A DNA stretch of 64,000 nucleotides from Sedimenticolaceae bacterium. Its GTDB lineage: Bacteria > Pseudomonadota > Gammaproteobacteria > Chromatiales > Chromatiaceae. Positions 28,770-36,833 of this stretch are shown here, in pieces. The stretch covers positions 10,086 to 74,085 of the forward strand of contig OY782758.1 of the NCBI GenBank assembly GCA_963678215.1, in the 5' to 3' direction. Each line of letters begins with the position of its first letter. Position 1 is the stretch's first letter. The notes below the pieces were generated by a model that saw nothing but the letters and a program-made list of their open reading frames with translations, had not been told where the DNA came from and searched no databases. Made by a program: the position numbers and the translations under genes.

Positions 28770-28826
28770 CACGGACCTCAAAAGCTGCTTCGCAGCTGTT
28801 GAGGCCGGTTATTTGCGGCGTTATGT
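28751..28826 (+). other. attC site 3
   Basis: GCTAACAAGGCAAATTAACACGGACCTCAAAAGCTGC TTC GCAGCTGTTGAGGCCGG...GCGGC GTTATGT (28820-28826). The left end overlaps the last codons of the ORF. Confidence 0.65.
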
Positions 28827-28860
28827 TTAAAAAATGAAGCCATATACTAAGGAGCAAATT

Positions 28861-29328
28861 ATGAAAAAAACATCAAGTTTAGTTTTAATATTCGTTTTTA
28901 TGGTAGGTTGCTCATCTACTTCATCTATAAACACAAATACGCCAACCGCTAGTACAACCAAAGAGCAGCTTAAACCCACTCCGTCAAAGAAAGTAATTCA
29001 AAATAAAAAAGTTGTGGGACAAAAGGAAAATATTAAACCTTTATACCCAAGCAGCAACTCCACAAAAAGTTTAACTAGTTCTTCTGCAAGCTCTAAATAT
29101 ACAGCCAAAAGAATTTATACTTGCTCCGAGTTAAATAAATCAAATGCCTATTCTTTATTGAAATCAGGTCATTCTTGCCTAGATAGAGATGGTGACGGAC
29201 ATCCTTGCGAATGGGGCAAGAAAAAAATAAAAACATATGCTCCATCGTATAAGAGCAATTGTCACTACGTTGGAGGGTATTATCGGAAAGGCGGAACTTA
29301 TGTTCGTGGTCACATGAGATGCAGATAA
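28861..29328 (+). CDS. Lipoprotein with Excalibur-like calcium-binding motif (cassette 4)
   Basis: ATG at 28861 after AAGGAG. Lipobox LIFVFMVGCSS, a Ser/Thr/Lys-rich linker, and C-terminal CSELNKSNAYSLLKSGHSCLDRDGDGHPCEW (DxDxDGxxCE). Confidence 0.6.
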   Translation: MKKTSSLVLIFVFMVGCSSTSSINTNTPTASTTKEQLKPTPSKKVIQNKKVVGQKENIKPLYPSSNSTKSLTSSSASSKYTAKRIYTCSELNKSNAYSLLKSGHSCLDRDGDGHPCEWGKKKIKTYAPSYKSNCHYVGGYYRKGGTYVRGHMRCR

Positions 29329-29330
29329 AA

Positions 29331-29463
29331 ACATAACAAGTACATCAACTGCGGACTTGCCTACTCAGTGGTTTAATTTCAATTTTGTGGTTTCAGCCAG
29401 TTTTACTGTAAATTTAAGTTCAGTGACTTCGTTTCCGGCAAGCCCGTTATGTAGGCGTTAGCA
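29331..29463 (+). other. attC site 4 (long, ~133 bp)
   Basis: CATAAC at 29332-29337; arms CTGCGGACTTGCC / GGCAAGCCCG; GTTAGCA at 29457-29463. Confidence 0.55.
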
Positions 29464-29514
29464 ATCTAGGTAGTTTATTCGTAGAAATCCAAAATATTTA
29501 TCAAAGGAAGTGTT

Positions 29515-30435
29515 ATGACAGGGTTTAATAATCAAACCTACAGTACCTTAGTAGAAGATTTACTGAATGACACATTTTACATTGGCGAGCGTTCTCCCAG
29601 AGGGACAATTGCGACTATAAGGCAGTACGCAGAGGTCATTGTAAGAAAGATACTAAATTTTTCTAATGAAGAGTACGTTACCCTTGGTAATAAGAAAATA
29701 ATAGAGGCATTAAATTGTGCCAGCAATAACAGCAGTTTACTATTAGATGCCCTAAAGAAAATTACCGATATTGGCAACAAATGTACGCATACGCAGAGAA
29801 TCGAGCAGGTAACAGATCAAGAGGTAGAAAGTACTCTAGAGAGCTTGTTTGATTTATATGCTTATCTCTTTGTTAACTACTTTGGAAAGTATAGATTTGG
29901 AGAAAATGAAGAAATTCAATCATCATTTTCAATTTTGCCACCGATTATAAGATATATAGCTCTTTCTTCCCTTTATGACCTAGATACTGAAAACGTTGCG
30001 ATTATTGATAAACTATCTCTCGCCATTTTAAAGGCATTTGATGAGCAGAAGGCAATAGGTTGGTTGAACGAAAGAAAGGATGAGTTGAAGAGTATGTCAT
30101 CAGTTACTCCAGAAGCAGAGTCCGATCTAAAGGAAAGACTTGGGGCGGCTACAACAAGTATTATCGTCAACCAAGCTCCGAATATGTATGACTTATGCAT
30201 AGATAGAGTTAAGACTGTGAATGTCAAAATACAAGAAAAAGGGCGTCTATACGATGATTTTGAAAGTGCTATAGAGTTATATAAAAAGGAAGGTGTTGTT
30301 TCAGGTGAGAGCGATGCTGTATCAGAGTTTAACGACTTGATGGATTTTGTCTATCTAGGAAGGAAGGCTAGAGAAAATGAAAAGCTTAAAAATAAAGATG
30401 CATATCTTATAATGGATAACTTGTTTTTCCAGTAA
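29515..30435 (+). CDS. DUF4145-like N-terminal domain protein (cassette 5)
   Basis: 306 aa. The N-terminal IATIRQYAEVIVRKILN...LGNKKIIEAL...LLLDALKKITDIGNKCTH resembles DUF4145, a helical HEPN-related module seen fused to restriction/Abi proteins. The rest is unassigned. Confidence 0.45.
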   Translation: MTGFNNQTYSTLVEDLLNDTFYIGERSPRGTIATIRQYAEVIVRKILNFSNEEYVTLGNKKIIEALNCASNNSSLLLDALKKITDIGNKCTHTQRIEQVTDQEVESTLESLFDLYAYLFVNYFGKYRFGENEEIQSSFSILPPIIRYIALSSLYDLDTENVAIIDKLSLAILKAFDEQKAIGWLNERKDELKSMSSVTPEAESDLKERLGAATTSIIVNQAPNMYDLCIDRVKTVNVKIQEKGRLYDDFESAIELYKKEGVVSGESDAVSEFNDLMDFVYLGRKARENEKLKNKDAYLIMDNLFFQ

Positions 30436-30437
30436 AT

Positions 30438-30485
30438 TGCTAACAAAGCGTTGCACCGGACGAGCCGGTGAACGCGGCGTTATGT
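30438..30485 (+). other. attC site 5 (short)
   Basis: GCTAAC (30439-30444) AAAGCGTT GCACCGG ACGAG CCGGTGAACGCGGC GTTATGT (30479-30485). Confidence 0.6.
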
Positions 30486-30520
30486 TTTTAATTGGAACTT
30501 GAATATGTGGAGGATTAAGT

Positions 30521-30883
30521 ATGCATTGGGAATATAGTCAATCTACGGGAAATATGAAATTTAAAGGAATGAAAGTTGCAAAAGGCTACTCTGGCTATGG
30601 CAATGGAAAAGATAAACCCATGATGGAGCATGTCATAAATATTGGCCCAATACCAAAGGGGGAATATGAAATTCAAGCTCCTAGAACTAGTGCAAAAACC
30701 GGCCCGTATGTTTTACCTTTAATACCAGTTAGGCACAATGCACGTGGAAGAACTAATTTTCAAATTCATGGAGATTCTATAGATAAGCCAGGAACGGCAT
30801 CAAATGGTTGCATAATACTAAATCGTTCTATTAGGGAAAAAATATGGCGAAGTGGCATCAGAAAGCTAATTGTAATCAATTAA
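30521..30883 (+). CDS. DUF2778 / Tlde1-like L,D-transpeptidase-fold toxin (candidate T6SS effector; cassette 6, gene 1)
   Basis: 120 aa: GYSGYGNGKDKP...NIGPIPKGEYEI...FQIHGDSIDKPGTASNGCIIL. The H...S-x-G-C catalytic-type motif and the GPIPxGxY segment are characteristic of DUF2778. Confidence 0.6.
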   Translation: MHWEYSQSTGNMKFKGMKVAKGYSGYGNGKDKPMMEHVINIGPIPKGEYEIQAPRTSAKTGPYVLPLIPVRHNARGRTNFQIHGDSIDKPGTASNGCIILNRSIREKIWRSGIRKLIVIN

Positions 30884-30898
30884 GATCTGGTATGTAAA

Positions 30899-31390
30899 AT
30901 GAAAATATCTATCTATACCTTTGTTGTATTCTTTATAGTCGGTTGTACTTTTGGAAGTGAAGGTTCTGAGAAAATAATTAAACGTCTAGAATCAGAAGGA
31001 AAGCCATATTTTGTTCACCTTGTTACTACACAAAAGTATGATCAATTACTAGATAAAATAGAAAATGGAGATGATTATTTAATTCGGGCTTCATCCGTAT
31101 TAACTCAATGGGTAGATGCTTCTACCTCATTATCTTTAAGGTTCTCATTATCGAGAGCAATGACGAAAAATCCTGGTGCGGTTATGAGTCTTGTTCCCAA
31201 TTTTTTTTCAATTCCTGAATTATGTACAATCCCTTACATTGAACCGCCCATTGATCTTGCAATAAAACACATTAATGACTCCATTTCTGCTTTGTCGAGT
31301 TATAGCAACTCTAACGGATCTTACATTAAGTGTATAAATATATATAAAGAAATTAGTAAAAACATAACAAAAAGCTCAAGCGGACGCTGA
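30899..31390 (+). CDS. Lipoprotein, candidate cognate immunity protein (cassette 6, gene 2)
   Basis: 163 aa with lipobox FFIVGCTF. It lies 15 nt downstream of the toxin gene with no attC between them. Confidence 0.45.
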   Translation: MKISIYTFVVFFIVGCTFGSEGSEKIIKRLESEGKPYFVHLVTTQKYDQLLDKIENGDDYLIRASSVLTQWVDASTSLSLRFSLSRAMTKNPGAVMSLVPNFFSIPELCTIPYIEPPIDLAIKHINDSISALSSYSNSNGSYIKCINIYKEISKNITKSSSGR

Positions 31391-31419
31391 AAACCGCTCC
31401 GCTTAGCTTGACGTTAGAT
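31372..31419 (+). other. attC site 6
   Basis: CATAAC (31373-31378) lies inside the ORF end; arms AAGCGGAC / CTCCGCTT; GTTAGAT at 31413-31419. Confidence 0.55.
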
Positions 31420-31428
31420 TCGGAAATT

Positions 31429-32091
31429 ATGATGTACAACCCTATAAGCAAACAACCAAGCCCATTTGTTTACATTATTGACTCACCTTCGCCACAAGAT
31501 TTGTTTGAAGGGTATACTATCGGAATGGCTCTACGAGATGCACTGCGGTCTATTCGCATCCCGCATTTCTATACGCTTGCAGTGAATAGAGAAGCATTGA
31601 ATACAGCGATGAGCGGAAAATTACAAGACTGCATTAATCAAATGCAGCCATATGCTTTAGCAACGGATGCGGTACCGCTTATTCATCTATGTATGCATGG
31701 TGCAAATACGGAAATCTCTTTAACCGACGGTTCGTTTATTACTTGGCAAGAACTAAGGCAGTTGTTAATTTCTCATAATCAAATTAAAGGTTACGACCCA
31801 TTCGTATGCATGGCTTCATGCAATGGAATAGAGGCATCATCCATGGCACATGCATATGACAGTGTGTTTAGCTATCTAATTGGAAACACAGGGCCTGTTT
31901 ATCAATCAGATTTAACTATCGCTTACCTTGCTTTTTACAATCAAATATTCGTAAAGAATGCCACTGTTGATCTAGCTGTATCAAAGATGAAAGTGGCGAC
32001 TGGCGATGAAAATTTTTACTACGCTAGTGGCCAAGTAATCAAACAACAGCGGTTCAATGAACTTTCAAATGGCTGGCAAAATAGAATCTAA
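31429..32091 (+). CDS. Minimal CHAT/caspase-like protein (His-Cys dyad; cassette 7)
   Basis: ATG at 31429. The track ORF start at 31408 lies inside attC 6. PLIHLCMHGANTEISLTDGSFITWQELRQLL...DPFVCMASCNGIEAS matches the caspase-hemoglobinase fold pattern (H-G, then hydrophobic strand, then S/A-C-x-G). Confidence 0.5.
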   Translation: MMYNPISKQPSPFVYIIDSPSPQDLFEGYTIGMALRDALRSIRIPHFYTLAVNREALNTAMSGKLQDCINQMQPYALATDAVPLIHLCMHGANTEISLTDGSFITWQELRQLLISHNQIKGYDPFVCMASCNGIEASSMAHAYDSVFSYLIGNTGPVYQSDLTIAYLAFYNQIFVKNATVDLAVSKMKVATGDENFYYASGQVIKQQRFNELSNGWQNRI

Positions 32092-32178
32092 CAAGCGCAT
32101 AAACTCGGACGTCAAAAAGCTGCGCCGCTCGTTCCTCGCTCTGCAGCTTTTTGCCTCCGGTTATGCTTGGCGTTAGCC
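32086..32178 (+). other. attC site 7
   Basis: TCTAAC at 32087-32092 overlaps the stop; arms CGGACGTCAAAAAGCTGCG / CTGCAGCTTTTTGCCTCCGG; GTTAGCC at 32172-32178. Confidence 0.65.
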
Positions 32179-32193
32179 GTCGAAGGAGAGTAG

Positions 32194-32472
32194 ATGCCTT
32201 ATCTAAGGTTTTATCGAAGAATTCCTATAATACCTGGATTGTTGTATCTGAACTTATCAAAAGGCGGTGTTTCCATCTCTATTGGTAAGCGCGGGTGGAC
32301 AGTTACCTTCGGAAAACATGGTGTTCGCTTTACAGCGGGTTTGCCCGGAACAGATTTGTTTGTTACGGAACATGTAAATTACGAAAAAATCAACGTTAAG
32401 GAGCGTGAAAAAGAGGCTCCAAGCATTGAACAATTTATAGGAGAACGTGATGGCACGAAAGAAGAAAGATGA
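32194..32472 (+). CDS. DUF4236 domain protein (cassette 8, gene 1)
   Basis: 92 aa. YLNLSKGGVSISIGKRGWTVTFGKHGVRFTAGLPGT matches the DUF4236 repeat pattern. Confidence 0.6.
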   Translation: MPYLRFYRRIPIIPGLLYLNLSKGGVSISIGKRGWTVTFGKHGVRFTAGLPGTDLFVTEHVNYEKINVKEREKEAPSIEQFIGERDGTKEER

Positions 32473-33196
32473 TGCAGGTGGGGTAATTATTCTAATAATT
32501 ATAGTGGTTTTGGTTGTAATAGCTCTCGCTACGCCAGTAGTAATCGTTATCGGGTATTTGTACAACAAAATCAAAGAAAGCGAAGTAAGAAAACATTTAA
32601 CAGGTACTATGACTGGTTTTTGGATTGAAGATAATGAAAAACGTGATTTCAAAGAAAAAGTCTATCAATTATCACAGGTAGAGAAAATAATACAACAGGC
32701 CAATAATAAAGGTGAGCAGGCAGGGATAAGCAGAAACCAAGATGGTACATTTTCCGCCAGAAGTAAACTTGGAAAAGAATTAAAAGGAACAATAAGTAAA
32801 CATGAACCAATAAAAGCCAATCTTATTGGATACTTGCAAGAATTGCAGAGTCTTCCAATTTCACGTTGGGAAGACTTCAATAATTATGTAAGAAATGGCA
32901 AGTCCTTTCTTTTGTCGCTTTGCAGTTGGGTTGCCGCACTGGTGTATTATTCAATAACACTTGGGAAGCAGACCATATCTGAAGCAATTATGCCATATTA
33001 CGCATTAGCAACTAATTTTTTCCGAGATGAAGGCAACAAACTGCCGATGGTAGATGGTGACTTAAAAATGGTAGCAATAGCCACAGTTGCAGCAATTGCC
33101 TCATATTTTTTGTTTCGTGTCATTTTTGCCAATGCTGCTACAAAATATTCTCCAAAGCCTGGGGTTGTAACGCTTGAAAATATTGATACATATTGA
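32450..33196 (+). CDS. Membrane protein (cassette 8, gene 2)
   Basis: ATG at 32450, 6 nt after AGGAG, overlapping gene 1 by 23 nt. N-terminal TM helix VIILIIIVVLVVIALATPVVIVIGYL and two C-terminal helices (FLLSLCSWVAALVYYSI, MVAIATVAAIASYFLFRVIF). Confidence 0.5.
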   Translation: MARKKKDDAGGVIILIIIVVLVVIALATPVVIVIGYLYNKIKESEVRKHLTGTMTGFWIEDNEKRDFKEKVYQLSQVEKIIQQANNKGEQAGISRNQDGTFSARSKLGKELKGTISKHEPIKANLIGYLQELQSLPISRWEDFNNYVRNGKSFLLSLCSWVAALVYYSITLGKQTISEAIMPYYALATNFFRDEGNKLPMVDGDLKMVAIATVAAIASYFLFRVIFANAATKYSPKPGVVTLENIDTY

Positions 33197-33202
33197 CGAA
33201 AC

Positions 33203-33274
33203 GGCTAACAAGGCATTCCACCGGACGGCAATTCCGCTACGCTCCATTGCCGCCGGTGAGCTTGGTCGTTATAG
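33203..33274 (+). other. attC site 8
   Basis: GCTAAC (33204-33209) AAGGCATTCCACCGGACGGCAAT...CATTGCCGCCGGTGAGCTTGGTC GTTATAG (33268-33274). Confidence 0.65.
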
Positions 33275-33357
33275 GGCTTATTGATGGTTTAAAGGCCTAC
33301 TAAACGTTGAACCTTTAAAAGAATGGCTTTAAATATTCACAGTAAAAAGGGTGAAAA

Positions 33358-34752
33358 ATGGAAGCAGAGATAGCAAGTACTTCAAGTATTTCACCAAAAT
33401 CATTTCTAAAAGCTAGAAGACCAGAGCGTTTTTCCGATTCAATAACAAAGGATGTAGGTAAACTAGATCGTTCTGTTTTGGAATTTCAGTTGTCTACGCT
33501 TAATAGAAGAAATATGGAGTTGGCATTCGAAGATTTCGCTAAAAGACTCTGTGAAAAAGTCATTTGTCCAAATCTGCTAGAGCAAACAGGTCCGGTTGCG
33601 GGTGGTGATGGAAAGGTAGATACACAAACCTTTCCCGTATCAGAGCAATCTAAAGTTCTTTGGTATATTGGAGTTGATGAAAATTCCAACAACGAACGAT
33701 GGGCTTTTGCAGTAAGCACACAAGAAGATTGGAAAGCTAAGTGCAGGAAAGATGTTCGAAAAATAAAAGCCACTGACCGAGATTACAAAAAAGCATTTTG
33801 TGTAACAAATATGTATGCAAAAGCTAATCAGCGAAGTGAGTTGGAAGACTCGTTAAGGGAAGAAACTGGAATTGATGTAAGAATTTTAGATATCTCTTGG
33901 ATACTAGATCAAATCTTTTCCAATGGCTACGAACAATTGGCGATTGATTGTTTGTCGATTGACATAGACTGGCGCCGAGAAATAGAAATCGGAGTTAATG
34001 ACTACGCTAGAAATGTAAGGCTAAATGAGCTCGAAGAATTAATAAAAAATGAAATAGACACTAGTAAAGTGCTCCCTCACCAATTGGATTGGTTATTAGA
34101 GGTCGCGGTATTGTCAAAGGAACTCGAAAAGCCCTCAATTGAAACACAGGGTCTTTTTCTAAGAGCTATTAAAGCGGCTGAAAAATTTGGCACTAATTCC
34201 CATCGATTTAATGCTCATTATCAGTATGCTTGGGCTGCCTATTGGTGGTTTGAAGACATTGCTATATTTGGCGAACAGCTATCGTTATGTTTGCAGATAG
34301 CGAAAGGAATTGAGCAATCGGCTCAATGGGGAGATACAGTATCGCTTCTTGGTCTCTATTCGAGCTACTATCGAGGTAGTGAAGGTGAAAGTGATTTGGA
34401 TATCGAATCGCTTCTGTTAGAGGCAAACGGCGAACTCAATAAGCTTGCAAAAAAGGATGAACGACCCAGTAATTCTCTGATGTCTCGGATCTATATTGAA
34501 TTGTTAAATTTGCATTCCATCAAGAATATAGACCAAGCTTCAGCCATATTTTCATCAATGCACGAAATTATGAAAGAAGGTGAGAAGTTAGTAGGCTTCT
34601 CATTTAATGAAGTATCCGATTTGGTTACCGAGTTGGATAGTTTGTTTGGTGAATTAGAAAGTTATGAAAATTTACTTGACTATATTACAGAGTGCACTTC
34701 ACGTCGTGAGGGCGAGGTTAGGGCCAATGTCATTAACTTAAGGGATAAGTGA
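33358..34752 (+). CDS. Hypothetical 460-aa-class protein, 3' end disrupted by IS insertion (cassette 9)
   Basis: The native reading frame runs to about 34724. The last 8-9 codons and the stop are supplied by the IS inverted repeat. The N-terminal region FEDFAKRLCEKVICPNLLEQTGPVAGGDGKVD...WAFAVSTQEDWK weakly resembles Mrr-type restriction-endonuclease cores. The C-terminal half is helical and repeat-like. Confidence 0.45.
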   Translation: MEAEIASTSSISPKSFLKARRPERFSDSITKDVGKLDRSVLEFQLSTLNRRNMELAFEDFAKRLCEKVICPNLLEQTGPVAGGDGKVDTQTFPVSEQSKVLWYIGVDENSNNERWAFAVSTQEDWKAKCRKDVRKIKATDRDYKKAFCVTNMYAKANQRSELEDSLREETGIDVRILDISWILDQIFSNGYEQLAIDCLSIDIDWRREIEIGVNDYARNVRLNELEELIKNEIDTSKVLPHQLDWLLEVAVLSKELEKPSIETQGLFLRAIKAAEKFGTNSHRFNAHYQYAWAAYWWFEDIAIFGEQLSLCLQIAKGIEQSAQWGDTVSLLGLYSSYYRGSEGESDLDIESLLLEANGELNKLAKKDERPSNSLMSRIYIELLNLHSIKNIDQASAIFSSMHEIMKEGEKLVGFSFNEVSDLVTELDSLFGELESYENLLDYITECTSRREGEVRANVINLRDK

Positions 34753-36164
34753 TTGCGTACGCTTATAGTTTGGTCGGAAAGCGGGGACCGCAACCTTTTT
34801 CAAATGCCTCGGGAAAGACCGACCGGGCCTGACGGGTTCGACCGCATTGACCATGCGTTGCAACAAGCACTGACATAAGTCGAGCACAGCATCAGAGCAT
34901 AACACGCGCATCAGGTTATTCTTCATCGCCGATAAGGCATTGGCCCAGTTGATTTGGTATCGATAATGCCTTTTTCGGTAACGCTCATCGGCCAACCACT
35001 GGGCAATGAACACAAAAATTGCGGTCAGGTTCTGCGCCAGGATTTTGGCCTGAAAATCCTGTAAGACGACCTGGGGCGAACGACCTGAGACATTCTCCAC
35101 CTCCAGGCGTAATTTGCTCCGCTTATACTGCTCCTCAATGCCCCAACGTAAGGCATACAACTTGGCAAACAACCGAGTGGGGTAGGTTTTCTCGTCCAGT
35201 AATGAGGTAGCCAAAACTTCAATCTCTCCAGACTTCAGTTCCACCCGGATTAAGCGTACCAGGATGGGCTTTGTTGGCAAATGAAAGTCTTTACACTGGC
35301 GGGCATTCTGGGCATTGGGTGTCAGCGACACGAGAGTGCTTTTTTGTCCTGATGCCACAAAGGCTTTCACTTCAGCATGGAAGTCCAGGCGTACCCGCGC
35401 ACAAAAGCCCCGTTGTTGCACGCAATGGAAAACAAACAGCCAGAACGCCGCATAGCCCCGGTCATACAAGAAAAGATCATCTGGACGGGACTCCAGGACA
35501 TACTCACTGGCAAAAGTGCGTTCACCCTCCGCATAGGGAGCCAAGTCGGCTTGAATCACCCGATCATTGAGCACATCATACAGCGTAGACCAGCGGGCCA
35601 AAGGGACGCCATCGCCTTTGCGGTGACCAAAATGTGCGGCAATCTGAGGGGTAGAGGGCAACCGGGCAGTAGAACCATCCACGGCCAAGACACGCAAACC
35701 TTGCCAACGTCGTTCACCGAGTTGTTGGGAAGCCAGATCAACCAGACGGTCATTGAGCCAAACCAAGGCGTGTGGGTTGAGTTTTTGACGTGCTCGACAC
35801 AAAGCGGCGGGGGTGACTGGCTTCACGTTGGGTTGTGCTTCCTGTAACACCTCAAAAGCCTGATCCAGCTCATTGCGCAGGGTGCCTTTACGGAAATTGA
35901 GGCGTAGAGGGACTAAGCGGGATAGCGGTAAATCGCGTTGGCGGGAAAAATCACCGACCTGAGTGCGGGCTTGTTGGAGAAAGTCGTCTGAGCGAATAAC
36001 ATCCTTTATAGGGTCATAGATGTTTCTAAATAATGCGCTGAATCTGGGCAAGATCGGTTGTCGGGACTGGGGCTGAAAGGGACATGAAATGCTCCTGAGT
36101 AAACGATGAACTGGTAAAATACCTTACACTATTCAGGCACTTAGTGCTTAAGTTAATGACATTG
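34725..36164 (-). mobile_element. IS4-family insertion sequence (1440 bp) with about 27-bp imperfect terminal inverted repeats
   Basis: IRL CAATGTCATTAACTTAAGGGATAAGTG (34725-) and the complement of IRR CAATGTCATTAACTTAAGCACTAAGTG (-36164). The first 18 bp are identical. GC content is visibly higher than in the flanking cassettes. No direct target duplication was recognised. Confidence 0.8.
34738..36051 (-). CDS. IS4-family DDE transposase
   Basis: 437 aa with DDE blocks VLAVDGS, LFLYDRGY and YALRWGIEEQYKRSK (Y-x2-R-x3-E-x6-K). Confidence 0.85.
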   Translation of the reverse strand: MPRFSALFRNIYDPIKDVIRSDDFLQQARTQVGDFSRQRDLPLSRLVPLRLNFRKGTLRNELDQAFEVLQEAQPNVKPVTPAALCRARQKLNPHALVWLNDRLVDLASQQLGERRWQGLRVLAVDGSTARLPSTPQIAAHFGHRKGDGVPLARWSTLYDVLNDRVIQADLAPYAEGERTFASEYVLESRPDDLFLYDRGYAAFWLFVFHCVQQRGFCARVRLDFHAEVKAFVASGQKSTLVSLTPNAQNARQCKDFHLPTKPILVRLIRVELKSGEIEVLATSLLDEKTYPTRLFAKLYALRWGIEEQYKRSKLRLEVENVSGRSPQVVLQDFQAKILAQNLTAIFVFIAQWLADERYRKRHYRYQINWANALSAMKNNLMRVLCSDAVLDLCQCLLQRMVNAVEPVRPGRSFPRHLKKVAVPAFRPNYKRTQSLIP

Positions 36165-36217
36165 CCCCTAGACCCAGCGTACCATCTTGAAATTCCTCAA
36201 CCACAACGGAGGTAGTT

Positions 36218-36718
36218 TTGCTTGGATTAAAAGTTCGTACATTTTGGCAGATTGTTATATTCAGTTTTGTGGCGTCTAGTTCAGCATACGCCACTGAAAA
36301 CTGTATTTTTAGCAAGGAAAATATTTCCCAAAAGCAATATTCGGATAACCCTGCTATTGAGGTTTTCCAATGGTTCCCCAAAAGTAATGAAGTTAAAGGG
36401 GTTCTATCTAACGGCCATTTATTTTCTGTGAAACACTGGGCATGCCATCACTACGGAAAGCAGGCCATTATGCTTATAGGGCCGCAAATAGCATCCATTC
36501 CGCGTGAACTTAACAAGCATATTCTGCAACTGGGCAAAGTAGCCCTTAGCAAGACCGAATTTATGTTGCTAACGAATAACATAGCAAATAAGCCATTTAA
36601 GCTAGCAGATTCCCCCATAACATTGCGTATTAAATCTAAAACCTTTGATGACTTCTATGTACAGACAAATATTATAGGGGAGGTAATATTGATTGAGATT
36701 AGACTATATAAATCATAG
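36218..36718 (+). CDS. Secreted hypothetical protein
   Basis: 166 aa. TTG start 7 nt after GGAGG and signal peptide FWQIVIFSFVASSSAYA. No motif recognised. Confidence 0.45.
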   Translation: MLGLKVRTFWQIVIFSFVASSSAYATENCIFSKENISQKQYSDNPAIEVFQWFPKSNEVKGVLSNGHLFSVKHWACHHYGKQAIMLIGPQIASIPRELNKHILQLGKVALSKTEFMLLTNNIANKPFKLADSPITLRIKSKTFDDFYVQTNIIGEVILIEIRLYKS

Positions 36719-36833
36719 CGCTTAACAAAACATTCCAGCGGAACCCCAACACTGCGCGGCTTTTTGCGCATGGCTTCGCCATTGTCGCGCAAACGCTGCT
36801 CCGCGTTGGGTTCCGCTGAGTTTGGCGTTATCG
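36719..36833 (+). other. attC site 9
   Basis: GCTTAAC (36720-36726) AAAACATTCCAGCGGAACCCCAACACTGCGCGG...CCGCGTTGGGTTCCGCTGAGTTTGGC GTTATCG (36827-36833). Long complementary arms. Confidence 0.65.

Noticed and set aside
35271-35847. Plus-strand ORFs of 99 and 156 aa inside the IS4 element
   Set aside because: They are antisense to the transposase, which carries the DDE motifs, so they are shadow frames.
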